DNA from: a virus
Lineage: Duplodnaviria; Heunggongvirae; Uroviricota; Caudoviricetes
IMG/VR virus record: IMGVR_UViG_3300033068_001142
Coordinates: 48,262 to 112,261 of that record
Length of the DNA stretch: 64,000 nucleotides
Strand: one strand, 5' to 3'
Position numbers and translations under genes: made by a program. Below the pieces are notes generated by a model. That model was not told the origin of the DNA, ran no database searches, and worked only from the letters and a program-made list of their open reading frames with translations. This document shows, piece after piece, positions 36,780 through 45,587 of the stretch. Positions within the stretch are counted from its first letter, which is position 1. The number at the start of each line of letters is the position of its first letter.

Positions 36780-37036
36780 TTTGGATTATCCTTATGATAG
36801 TTTGTTTGATTTTCTTAAGTAGTCAACTACTTCGTTTGATACTTGTAGAATTTTTTGAGTTTGTATATTTATTATTTTTATAAAATCTTGTGCATGATTA
36901 AATTCAAGAATTTCATACATTGTATAAATCCTTTTTGTATTTTGGTTTTCTTGGTGGGTACTTCTTTTTTGAAGGGATAGAAGATTCTCCCATGTTGATT
37001 TCTTTTCTATATGATTTTTCTATAGCTTTGTCTCTT

Positions 37037-37345
37037 TTAGTTTTTCCCATTTGAGTATTCCTTTGTTTTAAGTAATTTATATGTAATTTTAACTGGTCGG
37101 AAGGTTGAATAATTTGCTAGTGCATAATAACGCTCATAATAATCTATACTACTAAATGCAAGATGTGCATATTTATAGCCAACTATTGTTCTGTAAAGTA
37201 CAAAAGGGAATCCGTGATGACTTCCCCAATTACTAATGTCTTTTTTAACTAACTGGTTTAGTCGGTTTAACTGATGTTGAGAGCTTATTACTACTACTGA
37301 GTCAAATTCTAAAGTTGCCCATTGTTGCGGTGTGATTGTCTTCAT
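37037..37345 (-). CDS. LLKP-tail family small protein
   Basis: 102 aa, ends ...VKITYKLLKTKEYSNGKN. Confidence 0.45.
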   Translation of the reverse strand: MKTITPQQWATLEFDSVVVISSQHQLNRLNQLVKKDISNWGSHHGFPFVLYRTIVGYKYAHLAFSSIDYYERYYALANYSTFRPVKITYKLLKTKEYSNGKN

Positions 37346-37614
37346 TCTTGTTTCCTTGGTTTTAGTAATTTAGTATGAAATATGTCTTCATAGGCTACTT
37401 TAGTGCAGTTACCTATGTCCTGTTCTTCCCAGAAGTACATGAACAATATTGAACCACCCGCGTCATACAAGTAAGTTTTAGAAAGTCTGTGAGGTGGTAT
37501 AAATGTAGCATTAGACTCAACTCCTTCTGTATAGAGTACTACTTTTTTGTATTCTTCCACTGTCCAAGGCTTGCCACTTCGCTTGTAGAAAGCTAAGTTA
37601 CGTACTTTCTTCAT
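37342..37614 (-). CDS. LLKP-tail family small protein
   Basis: 90 aa, ends ...DIFHTKLLKPRKQE. Confidence 0.45.
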   Translation of the reverse strand: MKKVRNLAFYKRSGKPWTVEEYKKVVLYTEGVESNATFIPPHRLSKTYLYDAGGSILFMYFWEEQDIGNCTKVAYEDIFHTKLLKPRKQE

Positions 37615-37892
37615 TTTAACTCCTTTGGTTTTAGTGTTGTAGTTACTAGTGTGTATAAAGGTAAATGGTCATACAGAGCCATGTAGTATTTTATATTAGA
37701 ATAAATAATGGACTTTAAAATTGTGTCAAGGTATAGTACGTTTTCTGTCTTTACAAGGAGAATGGAATCTCCTGTGGCTAGTTTATATCCAATACGGTCA
37801 AGAGTTTTAACGGTATGTGGTGCCGCTAATACACAAACTAATGAGCTGTTAGTTTCTTTTAATTGAGCTAGTGTTAATGGTAATAATTCCAT
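37611..37892 (-). CDS. LLKP-tail family small protein
   Basis: 93 aa, ends ...LYTLVTTTLKPKELK. Confidence 0.45.
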   Translation of the reverse strand: MELLPLTLAQLKETNSSLVCVLAAPHTVKTLDRIGYKLATGDSILLVKTENVLYLDTILKSIIYSNIKYYMALYDHLPLYTLVTTTLKPKELK

Positions 37893-38334
37893 TTTTTGTT
37901 TCCTTTTTATTAGTGAATATTATGTTACGAGTATCCCAAGATAAGTAGTCTGTAATGGTGTTTGGGTAGCCATAAGTATCGTGAAAAGCTTTGTGGCAAA
38001 TGTTGCATAGAGTTCGTAAGTCTTCAATTGGTTCATTTGGAATTAGGTTGTAACCTGCATCATGATGTACATGTAAATTTCTTGTAGATCCACAACTAGT
38101 ACAAGCATGGTTGTCTCTAGCTAGTACGAGTCTTCGTTTTTGGTGCCAAGTATCGCTTTTAAGGTATTCTAGCTTTTTGTTAATGAAGAGCTTTCTTAAG
38201 TATGTTTGGTTTTCTTCAGTTGTTACATTGTCTGGTATATAAGAAGGTTTAGGTTGCTCTTTTTCTTCTTTGTAAGGGTTAAAAATAAAAAGATAGAGTA
38301 AGCCAAGTATGGTAACAATTGTTATTAGTTCCAT
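37849..38334 (-). CDS. Membrane-anchored HNH nuclease-like protein
   Basis: N-terminal TM helix (ITIVTILGLLYLFIF). C-terminal CTSCGSTRNLHVHHD...NLIPNEPIEDLRTLCNICHKAFH (HNH with two Cys pairs). It is a paralogue of 38991..39425. Confidence 0.55.
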   Translation of the reverse strand: MELITIVTILGLLYLFIFNPYKEEKEQPKPSYIPDNVTTEENQTYLRKLFINKKLEYLKSDTWHQKRRLVLARDNHACTSCGSTRNLHVHHDAGYNLIPNEPIEDLRTLCNICHKAFHDTYGYPNTITDYLSWDTRNIIFTNKKETKNGIITINTSSIKRN

Positions 38335-38623
38335 GGCTACTCTTCTTTTTTAAGTAATGCTGTTAAAGTATTTTGTTTTACAGTCCTTGAATAATCTGAC
38401 ACTAGTTGAATAACCTGTCCTCTTGGTTTGCAAGCTATGTGTTTTGGTTTAGGTATAGTTCTACCTAATTGCTCAAGTTGTGCTTTTGTAACTTTAATAT
38501 GCATTTTGTTTCCTTTATCTTTTTAGTTAGTTTTACCTTTTAAACTGTTGGTTTTGGTATGTTAAGAATTGTCATTCTTGTTATTTTTTAAAATTTTAAA
38601 TGTATGTTTTAGTCTTGGATTTT

Positions 38624-38658
38624 AGAAAAAAAAAAAATAAGTAAGGCCTATGCCTTAC
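38624..38658 (-). terminator. Rho-independent terminator (minus strand)
   Basis: A perfect 7-bp hairpin GTAAGGC-CTAT-GCCTTAC (38641-38658), followed on the minus strand by a 13-nt U run (A13 at 38626-38638). It overlaps the stop codon of 38648..38935. Confidence 0.6.
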
Positions 38659-38935
38659 CTAATATTTTAATTTGTCTAATCCTTTTTAATGTTTCTGAAT
38701 AACCTAATTCAGCAGGTTTGTAGTACTCTACAATATCAGCTTCAAACTGAATAACTAACCTATTTCTATTATTTCTAACATTACGGTCTAGTAATCGATG
38801 GAGATTAGCGTTGATCTCTACGTGACAGTGAGTTCTTTCGAATTCTGCTGTCTCGCCTTGTACATTAGTAAGAAGTACTAATTCCTTACTTCCTACTCTT
38901 CGTAAATTTAGTCCTATTATTGCTGTGAATTTCAT
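38648..38935 (-). CDS. Hypothetical protein
   Basis: 95-aa Arg/Asn-rich ORF ending at the terminator. Confidence 0.35.
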   Translation of the reverse strand: MKFTAIIGLNLRRVGSKELVLLTNVQGETAEFERTHCHVEINANLHRLLDRNVRNNRNRLVIQFEADIVEYYKPAELGYSETLKRIRQIKILGKA

Positions 38936-38990
38936 TTTTTTCCTTTAATTAAGATAGTACTATAGAGCTTACCAATGTAAACTCTAACTA

Positions 38991-39425
38991 CTATATTGGG
39001 TAGTTTGTATTATAGTCATATCCATGTTTATCATGGATAGCTTGGTGACAATTACGACATAAGCTAACTAAGTCAGATAATTGTTCATTGCCAAAGTTTT
39101 GGTATGTGATGTGGTGAACTTCTAGTGGAATTCCATTGGTGTTACATGACTGGCATGTGTAGTCATCACGATTAAGAATCTTGGATTTTAGGGTTTTCCA
39201 TTCAGGTGATTTAAGGTATTGCTGTTTCCATGGTTTGTAGTGGTTAAGGTTTATCTTATCAGGTTGAATGTCTTGCTCAACTGAGGTTTGAGATTGGTTG
39301 TGTTTACGGGTTTCAGAGTCTTTACTGGCATATAGTATTACAAGCAGGAGTACCCAAACTAATGGGAAGAATAGTCCCGCTATGAATATACTAATTAGCA
39401 GTAGGTGTTGTAGTATCTTGACCAT
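38991..39425 (-). CDS. Membrane-anchored HNH nuclease-like protein
   Basis: N-terminal TM helix (LLLISIFIAGLFFPLVWVLLLVIL). C-terminal CQSCNTNGIPLEVHHITYQNFGNEQLSDLVSLCRNCHQAIH. Confidence 0.55.
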   Translation of the reverse strand: MVKILQHLLLISIFIAGLFFPLVWVLLLVILYASKDSETRKHNQSQTSVEQDIQPDKINLNHYKPWKQQYLKSPEWKTLKSKILNRDDYTCQSCNTNGIPLEVHHITYQNFGNEQLSDLVSLCRNCHQAIHDKHGYDYNTNYPI

Positions 39426-39669
39426 CTTTAGTCTTTGGCTGTTCAGTTGTAGAGTTATACGCTTTGCTTAAGGTATCAGGTATGTCTGAGATAGCTGATG
39501 CTATATCTCCTATTTCATCTGCTGCGTAGCCTAAAGCTTTACCTGTAATTTCTGCGGTTTCTCTAATTAACCATCCTAACATATTTGTCCTTTGTGATAA
39601 TATAGTAGAGCAGTTGAGTATCGTGTACTGTAGGAGTAACTGCTCTATAATAGTATCAAACATACACAC
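39391..39669 (-). CDS. Hypothetical protein
   Basis: 92-aa ORF. Confidence 0.3.
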   Translation of the reverse strand: MCMFDTIIEQLLLQYTILNCSTILSQRTNMLGWLIRETAEITGKALGYAADEIGDIASAISDIPDTLSKAYNSTTEQPKTKDGQDTTTPTAN

Positions 39670-39691
39670 TGAAGTGTATGTTTATGTTTAT

Positions 39692-40018
39692 TTAGATTAA
39701 AACTTGTAAAGAGTTCAGCATTTCTGCTTCACTTGCTACATCGGGAAAGCTATTACGATATTCTAAATCTAATCGTTGTTGCGCATCAAGTTTACTGAAT
39801 GCAACAAGATCTTCAACATACCATCTTTGCCCTTTAAGGAATTGCTTCCAGTCATCGTGTCCCTCTTTCTCAGCTTTAAGTTCTGCTAAGAATTTAACCA
39901 TTGCATCTATATCCTCCTCAGACATATCAGAAGTTATCTCTAACTCCTTAATCTTAATGGATTTAGCTACTGCTCTTCTATAAGCCATTGCTAAGGCTTG
40001 TTCGTTTTTGTCTGTCAT
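39692..40018 (-). CDS. Hypothetical acidic protein
   Basis: 108-aa ORF. Confidence 0.35.
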   Translation of the reverse strand: MTDKNEQALAMAYRRAVAKSIKIKELEITSDMSEEDIDAMVKFLAELKAEKEGHDDWKQFLKGQRWYVEDLVAFSKLDAQQRLDLEYRNSFPDVASEAEMLNSLQVLI

Positions 40019-40204
40019 GTCTCTCCTTGTAAGTGAATTCTTTCACAGAACATCAGCTTGTCTGATGTAAATGATGGGTGACGACCTAGGTCGACAATAT
40101 CCGTGAGATGATATTGATAATTTAAATTGAGAATTGTGATTCAGAATACGTCGTGCGTATCTAAATACACAGTCAGAGACTCCTAAGAGTCCCTTGCTGT
40201 ATAC

Positions 40205-40675
40205 TTAATTATGTGTCTCAGCTGCTAATAAGGCACGCTGCTCACCTACAAGTTGAGTCCATTCAGTTTGAAGTAACTCTCCATCAGATCTAAAAGGTAG
40301 AACCATATATGGGTTTAATCTATAGATACCTCTAGCTACTTTTAATAGCATTTGTTCTTTAACCATAGCACTAAGGACAGTATTTACTTTAGACTTAGCA
40401 CACCCTAAGGACTGGGCTAAATTTGTTGCAGAAATTACACACTCGATTCGAGCATAAGTAAACTGTCTTTTAATTTCCAATAATATGGTATAGTCTAGCT
40501 TTGAATTTATGATATTAGCTACTGCCTCCTCATAACTTTTATAGTACATAGCAAATCCTCCTTTTATTCGTTTACGTTCTTTTTCAGCCCTAAACACCAC
40601 TTCCTCTAAAGAGCCTGAAGCTTCGTTTAAGACTTTTTTTGTTATACTTTCACTGGTCTTATAGTATTCCATCAA
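40205..40675 (-). CDS. Winged-helix DNA-binding protein (putative transcriptional regulator)
   Basis: ...VISATNLAQSLGCAKSKVNTVLSAMVKEQMLLKVARGIYRL... is a helix-turn-helix plus wing pattern. It lies immediately downstream of the RNAP gene. Confidence 0.45.
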   Translation of the reverse strand: MMEYYKTSESITKKVLNEASGSLEEVVFRAEKERKRIKGGFAMYYKSYEEAVANIINSKLDYTILLEIKRQFTYARIECVISATNLAQSLGCAKSKVNTVLSAMVKEQMLLKVARGIYRLNPYMVLPFRSDGELLQTEWTQLVGEQRALLAAETHN

Positions 40676-40816
40676 TATCCTTTCATGTAGTTAGTCCTCT
40701 GACACAGGACTAAGTGTATTTTAGCAAAGGACTACTTAAATACGTCTTAAGTCCGATAATATCGGGTCTCCTTAAGGTTTTCTAACTTTCGTCTATATAT
40801 AATATATATGTATAAT

Positions 40817-40861
40817 ATTACTCCCTAACTTTAAGGGAGTATTAGTAAAATTACTCCCTAA
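40817..40861. promoter_or_regulatory. Repeat cluster: two direct ATTACTCCCTAA copies flanking an inverted TAAGGGAGTA copy; candidate operator/promoter upstream of the winged-helix gene
   Basis: 40817-40828 and 40850-40861 are identical 12-mers. 40834-40843 is the inverted core. They are preceded by an alternating AT tract (40790-40816). Not found elsewhere in the window. Confidence 0.4.
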
Positions 40862-40947
40862 ATACAATGGTATGAAAACTGCCTCTAAGTCCCATGAAAT
40901 CGGAACTTTCCCTATTCTTAAGAATATATAGAGATACTTAACTCTGA

Positions 40948-43080
40948 TTAAGGAGCTAAGTAGTAGTGAGAGTTGATGATCATATCTTTGCTAGCATCTC
41001 CATACGTTAAAGTTGGTAGCTGTGGAGCTAAACCACTATAGTTAGTTACGATATCGTTCATTGCTGCTTCATAACCTTTGAAATCGTATTCAGCTAATAG
41101 GGCTTGTCTGTATGCTTGTCTAACTGTAGTCATTGTTCCAGGTACTAGGAAGTTATCATGTTTCCATAGACCTCTACCGTTAGTTGCTCTGATTACGTCT
41201 CTTAGTGCTGTTGCATCAATTGAGTGAGTGATGTTAGCATATAGACCTCTGTTCTTAACAGAACCTCCTACTTTCAGTTTATCTTTAGATGACCCTCCAC
41301 CGTAAACTAGTTCACCTTTAGCTGATTTAAGCAAAGGCATGTCTTTGTGTAATAGTAGTTGTCCCCAACCTTGTTGGTTTCTCTCAGCTATGAATTTAAC
41401 TGTTAGTGGAACTGTTTCCACATATGCTATAGATTGAGCGTTGAATCCGTCTCTTGTTTTCCATAGTAGTGATGTGTTGCTGTTAGTTGCAATTGCTACT
41501 CCCCAATCCGCTATTCTTTCAATGTTAAGAACTGATTTACCATAAGCTTTAACAATGAATTCCTCTGCCTCTCTAACTGAGCATCCTAATACAGATGCTA
41601 GTGTGTTCATTGATGAACCGTGTAGAAGTGGTTGATGAGTGTCTTTAGCTGTGTCTCTTGAAGCTAATCCTAACAGTTGTTGTAGATTACCGTGTGAGTC
41701 TAGCTGTTCAGGTGCTCCACCTACATTAGCTGGAATCATCATCTCTTTAGAGTGGAATCCAATACCTCCGTGTTGTAATCCACCGTTAGTTGCATCTTCC
41801 GATAATAGGAAGTGAGTCTCTGTACCGTTGTAGTAAGAATCGATAGCATCTGCAAGTCTAGTGTTGTATAGCCATTCACCTAACTCGTCTACACTAGGAG
41901 TTTCTGATAGCGGTTTTCTCAGTTGTTCCATGTAGTAGTCTTTGTTAGCATTGAATTTGTCAATTGCTTCATGGTGAGGCATTCTGCCATCTATTATTAC
42001 CGCAGCTGAATATAAATATTCATTGATATCTGTAATTGTATAAGCTTCTGCAGCTTCAAATAGGCAAGTTTCGAATTGTTTACCATGAGGATTAAATCCC
42101 ATCTCTGTTAAGTGGTAGTACATTCTTGTTCGGTAATCTAACCACATAGGTAAGTAGAATCCATCAAGTGATTCCATTCTAGAGTATTTTCCTAGTGCTT
42201 CATATACTAGTTCGTCTGCTTGGATTTTATCCATAGCAACTCTGCCAGCTAGTACGTCTAAGTACCAAGGTGATACTTTGATATATGTCTCTAGAATGTC
42301 TAGAGGTATAGATACTAGTCTTAGTTTGAATGATGAAGCTAATCTTAGTAAGTCTTTCTCTACTTTGTTTAGCTTTCTAGCTTTACCTCCAGCTTGAATT
42401 TTGTATTCTTTTTGGATAACTGTTCCTGGTTTCATTGAAATTCCAGATACTATGTATGGGTTTGACTTAGCTGCTTTACCGAATGATAGAAGTTGTTGTA
42501 ACTTCCATTCTGATTTACCTGAGTCTTCATCTACAACATATGTTAGCTTTTCTACCATGTCGATGTATTTAAGGTCTATCATTGTTGAAATGATTTGAGC
42601 TGCCATATAGATTCTAACTAAGTTTAGATCGAACTGTTTGTTAGTTGGAAATGTTGGCATGTCTAGTCTGTCTGATAGTTTACCCACTATTACTGCATAG
42701 TAATCTCTCTCAGCTGATAAGCTGTTTAGTGTGTGAAGTAGTTTGTCTGGGTTGTAAGCTCTTAGTGCTTCTAATGCTAGCTTTAAGTTAGGGTCAATGT
42801 TTGGTTTGCTAATCCAGTTGTTAACTTGTTTACCTACTGTGAAATATGATCCAATTTCAGCAATATCTTGAGCATCTAAGAATGCTTCCCTAACTGGTTG
42901 TTCGAATAGTTGTGCAACTGATTCTTCAGTTACAGGTTTGATTCTTTTGTACTCTTTGATTGATACTGATATATCTTTAGCTGGATAGTTGTGTCCTGAT
43001 TTAGTTGTTTTAGCTGGTACTGTGATGTTTAATTGTCTTTTCATTTGGTATCTCCTACAGATATTAGTGGTTGAATCCAC
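40948..43080 (-). CDS. Single-subunit (T7-like) DNA-dependent RNA polymerase, short form (710 aa)
   Basis: LLSEDATNGGLQHGG (motif A; T7 has FDGSCSGIQH), RDTAKDTHQPLLHGSSMNTLAS (motif B, RxxxKxxxxxLxYGS pattern), WKHDNFLVPG (motif C; T7 has IHDSFG). Confidence 0.8.
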   Translation of the reverse strand: MDSTTNICRRYQMKRQLNITVPAKTTKSGHNYPAKDISVSIKEYKRIKPVTEESVAQLFEQPVREAFLDAQDIAEIGSYFTVGKQVNNWISKPNIDPNLKLALEALRAYNPDKLLHTLNSLSAERDYYAVIVGKLSDRLDMPTFPTNKQFDLNLVRIYMAAQIISTMIDLKYIDMVEKLTYVVDEDSGKSEWKLQQLLSFGKAAKSNPYIVSGISMKPGTVIQKEYKIQAGGKARKLNKVEKDLLRLASSFKLRLVSIPLDILETYIKVSPWYLDVLAGRVAMDKIQADELVYEALGKYSRMESLDGFYLPMWLDYRTRMYYHLTEMGFNPHGKQFETCLFEAAEAYTITDINEYLYSAAVIIDGRMPHHEAIDKFNANKDYYMEQLRKPLSETPSVDELGEWLYNTRLADAIDSYYNGTETHFLLSEDATNGGLQHGGIGFHSKEMMIPANVGGAPEQLDSHGNLQQLLGLASRDTAKDTHQPLLHGSSMNTLASVLGCSVREAEEFIVKAYGKSVLNIERIADWGVAIATNSNTSLLWKTRDGFNAQSIAYVETVPLTVKFIAERNQQGWGQLLLHKDMPLLKSAKGELVYGGGSSKDKLKVGGSVKNRGLYANITHSIDATALRDVIRATNGRGLWKHDNFLVPGTMTTVRQAYRQALLAEYDFKGYEAAMNDIVTNYSGLAPQLPTLTYGDASKDMIINSHYYLAP

Positions 43081-43510
43081 GATGTTGATGCTCCTACGCC
43101 ACCTTAGTTTAAAGACGTTTCGGTCTAGAGACTGTTAAGGTCTTTCCTTCGAGCTTGCTTGTCCAATTATTGCAGGTGACATCACCTGTGTGATGAGTGA
43201 TTGCAATGTGTATTAGACATCGTACTCCTTAAGTTTAATTTGAGCTACCGAAGTAGTACTCAATAAGAGAGTCGAATGACTCCCCTATGAACACTATTTA
43301 CAACATACGAAAGATACTTTACGTTTCTCGTCATATACTACGGCTTCACATTTGTTATTGCTAACTAGTCGGAAACCTCCTATTAGTCTTCCTCTACTAA
43401 GCAGTTTAATCCATTCGTGTCTTTTTACTTTAATCTTTACCATTTTGTTTTCCTTTAATTTAATTTGAGTTAGTACTCAGTACAGCCCTCCGAAGAGAGC
43501 TGAGTGAATA

Positions 43511-43903
43511 CTAGTAACCTTTAGCTTTAAGGTCTGCTAAGGCTTTATCTAATGCTTCATTAGCGTCTGATAAGTATGTAGCTGATGATGCTTTACGACC
43601 TAATGTAACCCCTGCTTGCTTCACTGTACCACCGTTAGATTTGATAACCTGATCTACTGAAGTACGTGCAGATTTGATTGATTCAGAGTGTTCTGCTTCA
43701 ACTGTTTTAGCTGCGAGTTGTCCTGCTTTAAATGTAGCTGTTAAGATGTCTTTAGCAAATGTAGCTGTGGCAACTATACCTATTGCTGAAGTATCTCTGA
43801 TAACTGAGGCTTGTAAGTCTCTGTTTTCTTTTGATAGTTGTTTGAAGTAGGCAATGATTGCAACTAAAACTAAAACTGTGATGATTATTGATAAAATTGA
43901 CAT
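43511..43903 (-). CDS. Small membrane-anchored protein
   Basis: 130 aa with an N-terminal TM helix (ILSIIITVLVLVAIIAYF) and an Ala/Lys-rich helical remainder. Confidence 0.4.
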   Translation of the reverse strand: MSILSIIITVLVLVAIIAYFKQLSKENRDLQASVIRDTSAIGIVATATFAKDILTATFKAGQLAAKTVEAEHSESIKSARTSVDQVIKSNGGTVKQAGVTLGRKASSATYLSDANEALDKALADLKAKGY

Positions 43904-44003
43904 GTATATCCTTTAAATTAAGATTGGGTATCTAAACTGGCTGGGTTTAGGTTGCCTACACATTAGCCACCATATAGGCTGTGTAAGCGCAAGAGTTAGA
44001 GGT

Positions 44004-44576
44004 TTACTTAGCTCTGTACTTTTTAAGTACTACGCCTTTCCATGGGTGCGATCTAAGTCTATATAACGGTGCAAATAGTATAAATTTAATAGGAGACATA
44101 ATCTCTTTTGCATACCTCATAGTTTGTACGTATGCGTATCTCCTAGCATCCTTTTCTACATGCTGTCTGATATATCCTCTATAGTCATCCTCAGGTTTGA
44201 TATATCCTTTAAAACAGTTACGGTTTCTTTGCTCTTGTTGATAATGTCTATCTTCGTGGAATAGTGTATCTACAAGGTCTATGCCTTTAATCTTGACGTT
44301 AACAATAATTCTGCCTGCTCGATAATACCCTGCACATCTATCACCTATCCAGGAAGCTGGGTACTCGGTAACATTGCTGCAATGTAGCTTTGTTGTTACT
44401 TTGTTCTTTAGGTTTTCTCGTGCTATTTCTTTTTGTTGAAGCTTTGCGGCTATTTTACTTTCTATATAAGATGCAACACCTAATCTTTTTAAAACAACGT
44501 ATATTATCCATGATGGTAGTAACATTATACTAATAACTTTACCGATAATTCTTTTAGTACTTCTTTTCATTTTCAA
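44004..44576 (-). CDS. Putative membrane-anchored Zn-metallopeptidase-like protein (HExxH)
   Basis: N-terminal TM helix and an LFHEDRHYQQE (HExxH) motif. It is the first gene of the minus-strand block. Confidence 0.4.
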   Translation of the reverse strand: MKMKRSTKRIIGKVISIMLLPSWIIYVVLKRLGVASYIESKIAAKLQQKEIARENLKNKVTTKLHCSNVTEYPASWIGDRCAGYYRAGRIIVNVKIKGIDLVDTLFHEDRHYQQEQRNRNCFKGYIKPEDDYRGYIRQHVEKDARRYAYVQTMRYAKEIMSPIKFILFAPLYRLRSHPWKGVVLKKYRAK

Positions 44577-44826
44577 TCCTTTATTTAATGTTAGTAGCTA
44601 CCGTGTGTTCCGCTGAGGTGACTGGTAGCGTCAATAGTTTAGAGTCGTTGCGGACTAGAAATAAGGTAGCTTCATTGAAGACTACCGGGGGGTAGATGGT
44701 TCAAGTTGGTTCTCCATCCCCTATACTGCCCCGCTACTAAATATAACAAAACCAATACAATTCTTAAGCTAGTATTAAGGGTACTAGTAGTATACTAGTA
44801 GTATAATATTATAAGGAGTGTAGTAC

Positions 44827-44979
44827 ATGAGTGTAGAAGTAACTACCGTAAAAGTAAGAAAGACTACCGTAGAGTTGTTAAAAGCGATAGCTGATAAACG
44901 AGGTAGAAGAGAGTCATTAGAGCAGGTAATACTAGAGTTAGTAGAGAAGTATGTAGGTAAGGTGCAAGATGCTAATTAA
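44827..44979 (+). CDS. Ribbon-helix-helix (Arc/CopG-like) DNA-binding protein
   Basis: Below the ORF-track cutoff (50 aa): MSVEVTTVKVRKTTVELLKAIADKRGRRESLEQVILELVEKYVGKVQDAN, a beta-strand followed by two helices. It is the first plus-strand gene after the divergent region, preceded by AAGGAG. Confidence 0.5.
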   Translation: MSVEVTTVKVRKTTVELLKAIADKRGRRESLEQVILELVEKYVGKVQDAN

Positions 44980-45199
44980 GAAAGTGATTGTGACTTGTAG
45001 TGAGTGTGGTACAGTTAATGATAGTGATGCTAAGTTCTGTAAGGAATGTGGGTGTGGTAATTCGGAGAAAGAGACAACTAGGTTAGCTGATCTTAGGGCT
45101 TTACCAAGAACTTGGAGATGTACTAGGTGTAAGAATGAAGTAGGTGCTCCAGGGTTGTGTGTTTACTGTAGAGAGAATAGTCGTGCCTACATTGTTTAA
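44969..45199 (+). CDS. Zn-ribbon protein
   Basis: 76 aa with CSECG...CKECGCG...CTRC...CVYC (four Cys pairs). Its start overlaps the RHH gene stop. Confidence 0.45.
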   Translation: MLIKKVIVTCSECGTVNDSDAKFCKECGCGNSEKETTRLADLRALPRTWRCTRCKNEVGAPGLCVYCRENSRAYIV

Positions 45200-45545
45200 G
45201 ATTAGTAGGAAAGAGGTAGAGACCGGGAAAGGTATTGTGTACTTGTTAGTGGTTAGGTTAGAGGATGGTACTGAAGCTTACAAGATTGGGATTACTACTA
45301 GAGATATTAGTGATAGAGTGGAAGAAATACTTACTAGTATATGGAAGAAGTTGAGGTACTATCCTTACTGTAAACCTAAGAGGTATAGGAGTACCGAGAA
45401 CTATTTTGAGAAAGAACAAGCAATACATAAAGAACTTGAAGAGTTTAGATGGGATGGATTAGCTAAGACATCAGGTGGAAATGAGTGGTTTAGTGGTGTT
45501 AGTCTTGAGCATGTGGTTGAAGTGTATGAAAGAATTGTATGTTAG
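45144..45545 (+). CDS. T5orf172 (GIY-YIG superfamily) domain protein
   Basis: ...GKGIVYLLVVRLEDGTEAYKIGITTRDISDRVEEI... is a T5orf172-type motif. The true start is probably internal. Confidence 0.5.
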   Translation: MLQGCVFTVERIVVPTLFKISRKEVETGKGIVYLLVVRLEDGTEAYKIGITTRDISDRVEEILTSIWKKLRYYPYCKPKRYRSTENYFEKEQAIHKELEEFRWDGLAKTSGGNEWFSGVSLEHVVEVYERIVC

Positions 45546-45587
45546 ATTGCTTAGCTGATAGTGAATGTTTGTTGGAGGAGTTAGAGT

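Noticed and set aside
1848-37892. LLKP[KR] gene-end motif considered as a DNA/RNA-level signal (a phage RNAP promoter, terminator or RNase site overlapping gene 3' ends).
   Set aside because: The underlying codons vary synonymously between copies (TTA/CTA/CTC/CTT, CCA/CCT/CCC, AGG/AAA). Conservation is therefore at the peptide level, not the nucleotide level.
43465-43500. A GCUCUC-UUCG-GAGGGC hairpin downstream of 43511..43903 considered as a rho-independent terminator.
   Set aside because: It is a stable UUCG-tetraloop stem but is not followed by a U tract on the minus strand. It may be an RNA processing or T7-type terminator element, but it cannot be called a terminator from sequence alone.
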